A DNA stretch of 64,000 bases from Candidatus Fimenecus sp. (GTDB lineage: Bacteria; Bacillota; Clostridia; Oscillospirales; Acutalibacteraceae): the NCBI GenBank assembly GCA_051881455.1, contig JBJEPX010000004.1, positions 6,591-70,590 on the forward strand. The letters are read 5' to 3'. Position numbers and translations under genes: made by a program. The notes under the pieces are model-generated. The model worked only from the letters and a program-made list of their open reading frames with translations. It was not told the DNA's origin and did not search any database. Positions 8,651 to 16,928 of the stretch are shown here, piece by piece. Position 1 is the first letter of the stretch; each line of letters starts with the position of its first letter.

Positions 8651-9926
8651 CGCCCTCAGCCTCCCCCGAAAGAAGATAAACGGAATCCACGGTTACTTTT
8701 TTTGCGCACTCAATTACCTGCTCCCGCGTAACTTCGGAAAGCTTTTCGGCGTATTCTTCACCGTCAATCAACTCACCGTCAAACGCCTGCGAAGCTATAA
8801 AAGTGCAAACCGAAACAGGCGAGTCGCCCACGCCTATGAAAGCGTCTGACAAAGCCGAAATTGAAGATTCAAAATCCTCATTTGTAAACTCACCGTTTTT
8901 CATTATATCAAGCTGATTTAATATTTCGTGAAGAGCCTGACGGTAATTTTCTTCCTCAATACCGCTTTGAACAAATATAATGCCCTTTTCACGCAAAAGC
9001 CTTGCGCCGCAGTAATAGCAAAGGCTCATTTTTTCACGCACATTCATAAAAAGCCTTGAATACGGTCCGCCGCCGAAAATATCGGTCATTACCCTGTATG
9101 CAAAATAATTATCGTCGGAATTTTTCATACCTGTGCGAAGGCCTATAACAAGCTTTGCCTGATTTACTTCCATCTGCTCATTAAAATACCGAATATTATC
9201 CGCTTTTTCCACATACACCGTTTCAAGTGCCTTGGGGGCTCTTTCCTTAACGGAGTTTGCAAAATCCGTAAATTTTTCCGTAAGCATATTGCCGTCAAGA
9301 CTGCCGCAAACGGTTATTACAACCGTTGAGGATTTCAGCATATCCTCATATGCTTCAAAGAGCTTTTCGCCGTCAAGCTCTTTTATGTCGTTTTCAAGCT
9401 TTTCGCGGTCAATTCCGTAAGGCTCATCACTGCACATCAGCTGACGAAGCCTTGACACGGCATAAGCACGCTTATCGTTCTTTTCAGCCTCAATATTTTC
9501 AAGAGTAAAGCGAATTTCACGGGCGGTGAATTCCCTGTCAAAACAGCCGTTTTCACAATTGGGATTTTTAATAATATCAATGAGAAAATCAACTGCGGCC
9601 TCCGAAATTTTACTGCCGTCAAGTGAAAAGCGATCGTCGGGCAGTTCCATTGAAAAGCGGATTCTCACCTTTTCGCCCACGGTGGCAATATCCGAATAAA
9701 AATCAGCACCGTAAAGACTTTCGATTTTACCATTAAAGGTTTTAAAGGTGTTGTACCGTTTTGAGGTGTGCCCCATAAGGGATGACAGCACATTCTGCGC
9801 CGCAAAATGACGGGATATGGGCAAATAAAAATCAAATTTAATGCAATTTGTTTTAAATTTCTCGCTGTTGATGCAAATGAGCTTTACGCCCTTTGCTATT
9901 TCTCTGTACGCCGAAACGCTCACCAA
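8643..9926 (-). CDS. M16-family peptidase-like protein lacking HxxEH (non-catalytic partner)
   Basis: Same length and architecture as the downstream M16 gene, but the zinc-motif region reads SSLMGHTSKRY. The start is TTG 9926 or GTG 9923, after AGGGTGA. Confidence 0.8.
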   Translation of the reverse strand: MVSVSAYREIAKGVKLICINSEKFKTNCIKFDFYLPISRHFAAQNVLSSLMGHTSKRYNTFKTFNGKIESLYGADFYSDIATVGEKVRIRFSMELPDDRFSLDGSKISEAAVDFLIDIIKNPNCENGCFDREFTAREIRFTLENIEAEKNDKRAYAVSRLRQLMCSDEPYGIDREKLENDIKELDGEKLFEAYEDMLKSSTVVITVCGSLDGNMLTEKFTDFANSVKERAPKALETVYVEKADNIRYFNEQMEVNQAKLVIGLRTGMKNSDDNYFAYRVMTDIFGGGPYSRLFMNVREKMSLCYYCGARLLREKGIIFVQSGIEEENYRQALHEILNQLDIMKNGEFTNEDFESSISALSDAFIGVGDSPVSVCTFIASQAFDGELIDGEEYAEKLSEVTREQVIECAKKVTVDSVYLLSGEAEGDE

Positions 9927-10190
9927 GCTTCACCCTGTCTTTTCTAACACGGATACCTAAATGCACATATCCGCATTTAATAGTTTAATAATTAGTTTAC
10001 CATATTTCGGAAGTTTTTTCTACTGTTTTACAGATGTTTTTTGATTTGCCTGTTTATTTTTCCCTTTCGCGGTGCAAAATAACCAAAACAGATATGAAAT
10101 ATTTGTAAATATCGCAAAATAATCATTGACTTTAATTACCATTTACAATAAAATAAATAAGATATGTAGAAAAACTGTTAAGGTGACAAT

Positions 10191-11666
10191 ATGAATTTGG
10201 TTTACAATATTCAAAGAAAAGGTATGAGCATAACGCTTGACCGTCTGCTGAAATACATTGACAAGGACCCTCAGGCAAATATTATTAAACTTGCAGACAA
10301 AATCGGCCCTGTTTTCAGCAAAATTTTCCCCCCTGAAAACTTCAAAAAGATAAAAGCCGCCGCTGAGGATAAAGACAATGTTTGGACTCAGTTCGCCCTT
10401 GGGCTTATCCGTGATATTGACCGCAATGTTTTGAAACAAATGCTTTTGTCTTTCGGTATTGACGCAGGGTATTACGGTACAAAAGCAGTCAGAAAAAACC
10501 GCGAAAAGTACAAGTGTAACATACCCTTCAACATTCTTTTTGACCCCACAAGCGCCTGTAATTTGCGCTGTAAGGGCTGTTGGGCGGCGGAATACGGTCA
10601 TCAGCAAAACCTTACAAATGAAGAGATGCAAAGTATCGTAACTCAGGGCAAGGAGCTGGGATGTCATTTTTACTGGCTTACCGGCGGAGAGCCGCTTATC
10701 CGCAAGAATGATATTATTGAGCTTTGCAAAAACAACAGAGACTGCATTTTCCTTGTATTTACAAACGCAACTCTTGTTGACCAAAAATTCTGTGACGATA
10801 TGAAAGAGGCAGGTAATATTGCACTTGCTTTGAGCATCGAGGGCAGTGAGGAGTCAAACGACTGGCGCAGAGGTGACGGCGCGTACAAAACCACCGTTAG
10901 CGCAATGGAATTGTTGCAGAAAAACAAGTGTATTTACGGCGTTTCCGTTTGCTATACACAGAAAAATATCGAACTTGTAACAAGCGACGATTTTATGAAT
11001 ATGCTCATTGAAAAGGGCGCAAAGTATTCTCTTTTCTTCAATTATATGCCCGTAGGCCACGGAGCCGACAAGGAGCTTATTCCCACTCCCGAGCAGAGAA
11101 AAAGAATGTATCTTTGGCTTAAAGAAACACGCAACAGTAAAACAGGCAAGCCTATTTTCGTAATGGACTTCCAAAACGATGCTGAATATGTGGGCGGTTG
11201 TATTGCAGGCGGACGCAACTATTTCCACATTAACTCCGCAGGTGACATTGAGCCCTGCGTATTTATCCACTATTCAGACTCAAATATCAGGGAAAAAACA
11301 TTGCTCCAAGCGTTGCAGTCACCTTTATTTATGGCGTATTATCACAATCAGCCCTTTAACGACAATCATCTGCGCCCCTGCCCCATGCTTGAAAATCCCG
11401 AAATTTTGCGCAGACTCGTTAAAGAATCGGGTGCAAAATCCTCTGACCTGATTGTAAAGGAAAGTGCAGACGAGCTTTGCGACAAATGCGTTGAGTATGC
11501 GGCAAATTGGGAGCCCGTTGCCGATGAGCTTTGGGAGACTCTTCCCCACCGCGACACACATACTCAATACTACCGCGACACACCCGAGGGCAAGGCGGAA
11601 TTCGGTTGCTGTTCGGGTAAATGTGCACAGTGTACCGCTGAATCGGCAGAAATCGCAGATAAATAA
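10191..11666 (+). CDS. Radical SAM enzyme with an N-terminal ~110-aa extension and a Cys-rich C-terminal auxiliary region
   Basis: CNLRCKGCW (CxxxCxxC) and GGEPL are present. The later segment GGCIAGGRNYFHINSAGDIEPCVFIHY...RPCPML resembles a SPASM/twitch domain, and the tail reads CCSGKCAQC. A TTGACT-17-TAAAAT promoter lies at ~10128-10156. Confidence 0.85.
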   Translation: MNLVYNIQRKGMSITLDRLLKYIDKDPQANIIKLADKIGPVFSKIFPPENFKKIKAAAEDKDNVWTQFALGLIRDIDRNVLKQMLLSFGIDAGYYGTKAVRKNREKYKCNIPFNILFDPTSACNLRCKGCWAAEYGHQQNLTNEEMQSIVTQGKELGCHFYWLTGGEPLIRKNDIIELCKNNRDCIFLVFTNATLVDQKFCDDMKEAGNIALALSIEGSEESNDWRRGDGAYKTTVSAMELLQKNKCIYGVSVCYTQKNIELVTSDDFMNMLIEKGAKYSLFFNYMPVGHGADKELIPTPEQRKRMYLWLKETRNSKTGKPIFVMDFQNDAEYVGGCIAGGRNYFHINSAGDIEPCVFIHYSDSNIREKTLLQALQSPLFMAYYHNQPFNDNHLRPCPMLENPEILRRLVKESGAKSSDLIVKESADELCDKCVEYAANWEPVADELWETLPHRDTHTQYYRDTPEGKAEFGCCSGKCAQCTAESAEIADK

Positions 11667-11704
11667 AAACTACAAAGCATCTTCATTATTGAGGGGGACT
11701 ATTA

Positions 11705-13240
11705 TTGGAAAAGCGGTTTAAAAATTATCTTGTGGATGACATACTGAAAAACAAACTCATTGTTATTTCGTCTTTGCTTATTGCCGTAATGTCTTTTGGC
11801 TTTGCGGTGACGAACTTCTCCATAGGAGTTGACGATACTGCATCGTATCACTATCTGCATACTTTCGGTTGGGGGAATATGCTTCAACAAGGACGGCTTC
11901 TTCACATTCTTTTCGACAGAGTAACCGGTTATCTTGAATTTATTCCCTTTCTTAACGAATTCATAGGCGCTTGTCTTTTTTGGCTTTCGGCTATATTTTT
12001 CTGCGCTCTTTTCCAATATGTTACGAACGGAAAACTAAACAACTTTGTTTTAGCCGTTTTCTGCGGAATATACATTTCTTTCCCGATTACTGCTGAAAAG
12101 TTTATTTACAGTTTAGATGTAATTGTAACCATGCTTTCTTATGTGTGTGTTGCATATTCGCTTGCCAAAGCATATGAAGCGATATATTTAAAAAAGAAAA
12201 TTTCTTTTTTAATTTCAGTAATATTTTTGATTATCGGAATCGGTGCATATGAATCGTTTATTTTCCTTTACATAAGCGGAGTGTTTGCAATTTTCTTACT
12301 GAAATGTATTTTCAGCGAAAGCAAGGTCAAGCTTACGGACACAATTCTTAAAGGGTTTGGATTTTTAGCCATACTTTTGATTGCGTTCTCAGTTTATTAT
12401 GCCGCAGTTTATATTTCGCAATTGGCAATGCATCAATACGGAATTTTCGCGCGTGATTCTGTTTGGTCATATGAGCACCTGACTTTTATTGAAAAAATAG
12501 TCAGAGTATTAGTCAAACTGAAAACTGCCTTTCTTTCCGCAAGCAATGTGGCAATCGTTGAATTCGATATATTCGCAGTAATTTGCGCCGTTATTTCACT
12601 GGTTTTTTCCATAAAGAAAAAAAGTCTTGTTCCCCTTTTGTGCTTCGGAGGTCTTATTGCTGCAAATCTCGGAATACATATAATCATAGGCTATTTCATG
12701 TTAAGAAGCGCCCAGACAATGTGCTTCTTCGTAGCATTTACCGCAATGCTTTTAACACTGTTTTTAAGTAAAATCAAGATAAAAGCATCTCAACCCATAA
12801 TAACCGGTATTGTTTGTTTACTTGTATTTATACAATTAGCAGAGCTTAATTTGGCTTTTTATGACGACTATGCCCGATATAAAAAGGAGGAGTTTGTTGT
12901 CCATTCAATTGCCACACGGTTAGTGGCTGAATGTGATGTTACAAAGCCTGTTGTATTCGTGAACAGAGGCAGCGGGTATTTAAACACCGTTGCAGATGAC
13001 AGACAAGCCATCGGAATGTCTCTTATGCATTGGAGTGTAGGCGCATTCGGAGATGTGCAATCCTCGGTAATGTTGGAATGCTTTAAACTTCACGGATATG
13101 ACTTTTTGGTTAAGCCGGATAAGGAAACAGCCGCAGAGGCACTATCTCATGCCGCTGAAATGGAAGGCTGGCCGAAGCAAGGTTGTATCAAGGAATTTGA
13201 CGAATATATTCTTGTAAGCATAGGTGAACCCGCTGAATAA
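11705..13240 (+). CDS. Polytopic membrane protein, possibly a GtrII/GT-C-like glycosyltransferase
   Basis: About 12 predicted TM segments, an early loop IGVDDTASYHY and a soluble C-terminal ~110 aa. TTG start follows GAGGGGGA. It lies 38 nt after the radical SAM gene with no terminator between them. The family assignment is tentative. Confidence 0.45.
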   Translation: MEKRFKNYLVDDILKNKLIVISSLLIAVMSFGFAVTNFSIGVDDTASYHYLHTFGWGNMLQQGRLLHILFDRVTGYLEFIPFLNEFIGACLFWLSAIFFCALFQYVTNGKLNNFVLAVFCGIYISFPITAEKFIYSLDVIVTMLSYVCVAYSLAKAYEAIYLKKKISFLISVIFLIIGIGAYESFIFLYISGVFAIFLLKCIFSESKVKLTDTILKGFGFLAILLIAFSVYYAAVYISQLAMHQYGIFARDSVWSYEHLTFIEKIVRVLVKLKTAFLSASNVAIVEFDIFAVICAVISLVFSIKKKSLVPLLCFGGLIAANLGIHIIIGYFMLRSAQTMCFFVAFTAMLLTLFLSKIKIKASQPIITGIVCLLVFIQLAELNLAFYDDYARYKKEEFVVHSIATRLVAECDVTKPVVFVNRGSGYLNTVADDRQAIGMSLMHWSVGAFGDVQSSVMLECFKLHGYDFLVKPDKETAAEALSHAAEMEGWPKQGCIKEFDEYILVSIGEPAE

Positions 13241-13268
13241 GCTGTTGCATTTAAACAATAACATAAAT

Positions 13269-13316
13269 AAATCCCCTGCGGCACTCTTTAATTCTGCCTC
13301 AGGGGATTTGTTTTTC
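13269..13316 (+). terminator. Rho-independent terminator
   Basis: AAATCCCCTG...CAGGGGATTT stem followed by GTTTTT. Confidence 0.6.
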
Positions 13317-13357
13317 TGTAAGCTTATTTCTTTTGTATGATGCTTTGGTTTTAGAAA

Positions 13358-14167
13358 TCACGGCTGCATTTTTTTGCGGTATTCTGTGGGCGACATTCCT
13401 GTGTTGCTTTTAAAGCAAGCGGAGAAATACCTTTGGTCGCAATATGAAAGCCTTTCCGCAATCTCCCCCACCGGGAGAGTTGTATTTTGAAGATAAATCT
13501 TTGCCGCTTCAAGTTTTTTCTCCATATAGTACTGATACGGCGTTTCACCGTATGAATCCTCGAACACCTGTATTATGTGATTTTTGGAATAATTCAGTTC
13601 ACTGCAAATTCTGTCCAGCGAAAACTCCTGCTCCACATAAAAATCAAGCCTGCGCCTGATACGGTCGGCAAGAGAATCAGGCTTTTTATCCTCACGGTGT
13701 TTTATATAGACGAGAAATCTTATAAACTCAACGGTTATTTCATCTACCATTCTCTTATAATCTTCTCGGTATTTTTTTACGATTTCGATTACATTTTTAA
13801 CTATTTCTTTACAGTCACAATTCGGAAAATGGTATATATCCTGAGGCAAATACTCACGAATAAGCATTTCGGCAAGAGGTCCGTCAAAAATTATCCAATA
13901 CTTATGCCACGGATTTTCCTTGGAGCTGTAATAGTGATGGCAGGTTCCTTTTTTCAGGAAAAACACATCGTTTTTTTGAGGATAAACGCATTTGCCCTCA
14001 ATTTCCAAAGTTCCGCAACCGTCGTCAATATATTCAAGGGCGGTAAGCTCGGATTTTGTTCTTACAACATCAATCGTGTCATCACAAATTGTTTCACCCA
14101 TCATTCTGATATTAAGCGGAAGGCTTTCGTCATAATAGGGCGCAAAATTCAAAATTTTCTCATTCAT
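13358..14167 (-). CDS. AraC-family transcriptional regulator (cupin sensor plus HTH)
   Basis: C-terminal double HTH (LDRICSELNYSKNHIIQVF...VGEIAERLSYCDQRYFSACFKSNTGMSPTEYR) with an N-terminal cupin-like half. Confidence 0.85.
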   Translation of the reverse strand: MNEKILNFAPYYDESLPLNIRMMGETICDDTIDVVRTKSELTALEYIDDGCGTLEIEGKCVYPQKNDVFFLKKGTCHHYYSSKENPWHKYWIIFDGPLAEMLIREYLPQDIYHFPNCDCKEIVKNVIEIVKKYREDYKRMVDEITVEFIRFLVYIKHREDKKPDSLADRIRRRLDFYVEQEFSLDRICSELNYSKNHIIQVFEDSYGETPYQYYMEKKLEAAKIYLQNTTLPVGEIAERLSYCDQRYFSACFKSNTGMSPTEYRKKMQP

Positions 14168-14283
14168 TGTTATAATCCTAACACACTACTCTGTTTTTGC
14201 AATGAATTGCAGGTTATCAAGTGTGATAATTATAACATATACATTGGATAAAATCAACTGAATAATACTTACAAAATAATTAC

Positions 14284-14320
14284 AAAAAAACTGCTGTTTT
14301 CATAAAAACAGCAGTTTTAA
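14284..14320 (-). terminator. Terminator, bidirectional in form
   Basis: AAAACTGCTGTTTT-cat-AAAACAGCAGTTTT. Confidence 0.7.
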
Positions 14321-14332
14321 TTTTAATTTTGA

Positions 14333-15055
14333 TTATCTTACACCCTGAATATAGCTCAAATCGTAATATCTGATAACTGCAAAATTGCGAAGAAAACGGT
14401 ATTTCAAATTAAGAATTTTCTGCGAAATTCTTGTATCGCAGAATGATACTACCGGTCCCATAAAAAACGCAGTTACAACCGTTCCCACGCCGATAGGTCC
14501 GGAAAGCAGGAAAGCTATAACGGTGCAAATTAAATCTGTTATTACTCTGCACCATTTGTATTTGAGCTTTGACTTTTCTTCAAGCACAAATCCCAAAGCA
14601 TCGTAAGGAGAAACGCCCAGCTTGCAGTTGAAATAAAGGGACGCCGACATGCTCAAAAGGAACACGCCCAAAGCCATACAAACGAGCTTTACTGCAAACG
14701 CTTTTTCAGTCGGAAGGAATCTGTCATAAAGTCCCGTAAAAAATTGGCATACATAGCCTACGCCCACCATATTGAAAACAGTTCCTATATTTATAAGCTT
14801 TTTCGCCGTTATGGCAACGCCGATAAGAATTACTCCGTTTATGCACATTTGCCAGAAGCCGAAGCCTATACCGAGTATTTTGCTCACACTCATATTGAGC
14901 GCGGTATAAGGGTCAACGCCCATTCCCGAATATGAAAAAACGGAAACTGCAAAACCCATAAGTAAAATACTGAAAATCATTGTTGCCATTCGCTTAAAAC
15001 CGTCTTTTTGCGAAAAGAGTGTTTTTAAGCTCATATTTTTTAAAATTTCTGCCAT
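14333..15055 (-). CDS. YczE/YitT-like integral membrane protein
   Basis: Six or seven TM segments. FAVSVFSYSGMGVDPYTALNMSV is repeated later as CKLGVSPYDALGFVL. The start is placed at MAEILKN (ATG 15055) rather than the track's 15142. Confidence 0.5.
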   Translation of the reverse strand: MAEILKNMSLKTLFSQKDGFKRMATMIFSILLMGFAVSVFSYSGMGVDPYTALNMSVSKILGIGFGFWQMCINGVILIGVAITAKKLINIGTVFNMVGVGYVCQFFTGLYDRFLPTEKAFAVKLVCMALGVFLLSMSASLYFNCKLGVSPYDALGFVLEEKSKLKYKWCRVITDLICTVIAFLLSGPIGVGTVVTAFFMGPVVSFCDTRISQKILNLKYRFLRNFAVIRYYDLSYIQGVR

Positions 15056-15224
15056 TGGATACTCGCCTTGCCTTGTTAAAATTGCACATATAACTGCGCT
15101 TTGATTTGTATATATATTACAATCAGTTTGTAGCAAAGTCAAGGGAAAATTGTTAAATTTTTAACTTTCGTCCTTTGGCACAAAATTACAAATTCGCATA
15201 TGGTTTTTTGTGAATAATTACCAA

Positions 15225-16886
15225 TTAAATAAGTGCTTCACCTGTTCTTATATTAAATCGAATCTGATTTTTAACACCGTTTTCGCTGTAATCAATCTCC
15301 ATTATATCCGTTTCACCGAACTGCGCCGTGTTTATCTTTATATTCTTATCCGCAAAGGTATCCTTTAATACGGCGAGCTGTTCAGGCGTGTATTCGCTGA
15401 CATTGTCCGAAATAAACAACAAATTGCCGAATGTGCTGTTGATTTTCGCAAGCAACTTTCTCTCCGCAAAGGTCATTTTGTTGTTTTGGTCACGCAGTAA
15501 GAATACATCGGGGTCGTTTTTCCACGCTCGGCCGTCCAAATGGCGGCGGAAAATGGAATTGCACACGGCGTGGGGAGTAGAAACCTCTTCACGGATAACA
15601 TCTTTTTTCTGCTTCCATTTCAGTGAAATGTCCGAACCGATACGGCAGTAATCCACTTTACCGAAAGCGGGCATCATGGGTACACCGCACCCTAAAATCA
15701 GCTTGTCGCCGCAACATTCACGAATTAAATCCATGGCGTCGCACATAATTTCGCCGCGGGATTTGTTGTGCATGGGCAGTACGCACGCACCGTACAGGAA
15801 GTCAAGCTTGACCAAATCAAAGCCCCATTCATTTAAAACGGTGTTAAAAACATCTTTTAAGTATTTCCTTACGCCCTCGTTATAAATATCCAAGGAGTAA
15901 AAACCGCCCCAGTTATGTCCTGTTTTATAGTGTTTGCCGTTTTCATCCTTAATGAACCAATCGGGATGCTCCCCGAACAGTCTTGACTTTTTAACGCCTG
16001 CAAAGGGAGCAAGCCAAAGTCCTGCAATCATATTTCCTGCATGGATATCGTCGGCAATGCTTTTCATGCCCGAGGGGAATTTCTTCTTATCGGTGTAAAG
16101 CCAGTCGCCTATCGCCTCCTGATAGCCGTCGTCAATCTGGAAGCAGTCAAAGGGAACGTCAAGCGCCTTAATGCTGGCAAGGTCACGGCGTACTACCTCT
16201 TCGGTAACATTGCCGTAATAATTATACCAAGTGGTGTATCCTGTGCGGCGTTTTGTTTCACGGCAGGTAACGCCCATTTTCTCAAAGTACTCGTCAAATG
16301 CCGCATCGTATTCGCCGTTAATAACCGCAAGGGACAGGAGTTCTGTTTCCGCCGCAAAGGTCACGCCTGCAAGTTCCTTGTCGATAATAACCGCATTTTT
16401 GTTCATATCAAAGGTAACCACGGTGTAGCCCGAGCGCTCGGAAAGAGAGCCGTAAATTTCCACCGTATTTTCGTTGCGGATATAGCCGTATGACCAACCG
16501 TAAAACACATTGGCTGTGCGGGGATATTTCCAAAACAGGCTGTCGCCCGATTTGGGAAAACCGATATTTCCAATGGGCGTTTTTGTGATACAGAATTCCG
16601 TAAGTTTTGTAAGCTCACGCATACTTTCGCCATAAGCATATTCAAAACTGTCCGTCTAGCTTTGATAACCGTTTACAAATACACGCTCTGTTTTCTCAAA
16701 GGTGCGCGGCAAAATGAATTGCAACACTTTAAAAGATACTGCGGTGTGGGGTACGAGAGATGCAAAAAGGCAGTTGCCCTCTGCTTGGATTTTAATTTCA
16801 AAATCCTCATTTTGAAAACAGTCGGTTGTCTTTTCCTTGCCGTTTGCTGTGTAAACGGCGTGCAAAGTACGATTGTCGAAGTTCAT
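15225..16886 (-). pseudogene. GH36-like alpha-galactosidase-family gene interrupted by one in-frame TAG (16656-16658)
   Basis: Track ORFs 16656..16886 and 15225..16622 are in the same frame. Read through, the sequence is VFVNGYQS*TDSFEY, against VFVNGYQSWTDCREY in the intact paralogue 46212..47852. Downstream motifs are intact (TTWYNYY, FQIDDGYQ, VKLDFLY). Confidence 0.75.
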
Positions 16887-16928
16887 ACTGATGTCTCCTA
16901 AACTATGCAGTTTTTCTGTTAATCAATT

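Noticed and set aside
9961-10044. 27-codon ORF MHISAFNSLIISLPYFGSFFYCFTDVF in the M16/radical-SAM spacer
   Set aside because: It has no Shine-Dalgarno sequence and no promoter of its own. It lies in a divergent promoter region, unlike the 23-codon ORF at 40949-41020, which has a promoter, SD and terminator.
10143-10784. 213-aa minus-strand ORF overlapping the promoter and 5' half of the radical SAM gene
   Set aside because: The opposite strand carries the CxxxCxxC radical SAM core. The ORF would run into the promoter region and has no SD.
11705-13240. Low-GC membrane-protein gene as a horizontally acquired island
   Set aside because: The AT-richness is only judged by eye and is expected for Phe/Ile/Leu-rich membrane proteins. 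There are no flanking repeats, tRNA or mobility genes. Formal GC and codon-usage statistics would be needed.
13577-14251. 224-aa plus-strand ORF antisense to the AraC regulator
   Set aside because: The AraC frame has a clear double HTH. The antisense frame is low-complexity Phe/Ile/Lys-rich.
16656-16658. The TAG in the GH36-like gene as programmed recoding (pyrrolysine or read-through)
   Set aside because: TAG is used as an ordinary stop for the M16 peptidase gene (7379-7381). No pyl genes or downstream recoding structure are visible. The intact paralogue has Trp (TGG) here, so a simple G-to-A nonsense change is the economical explanation.
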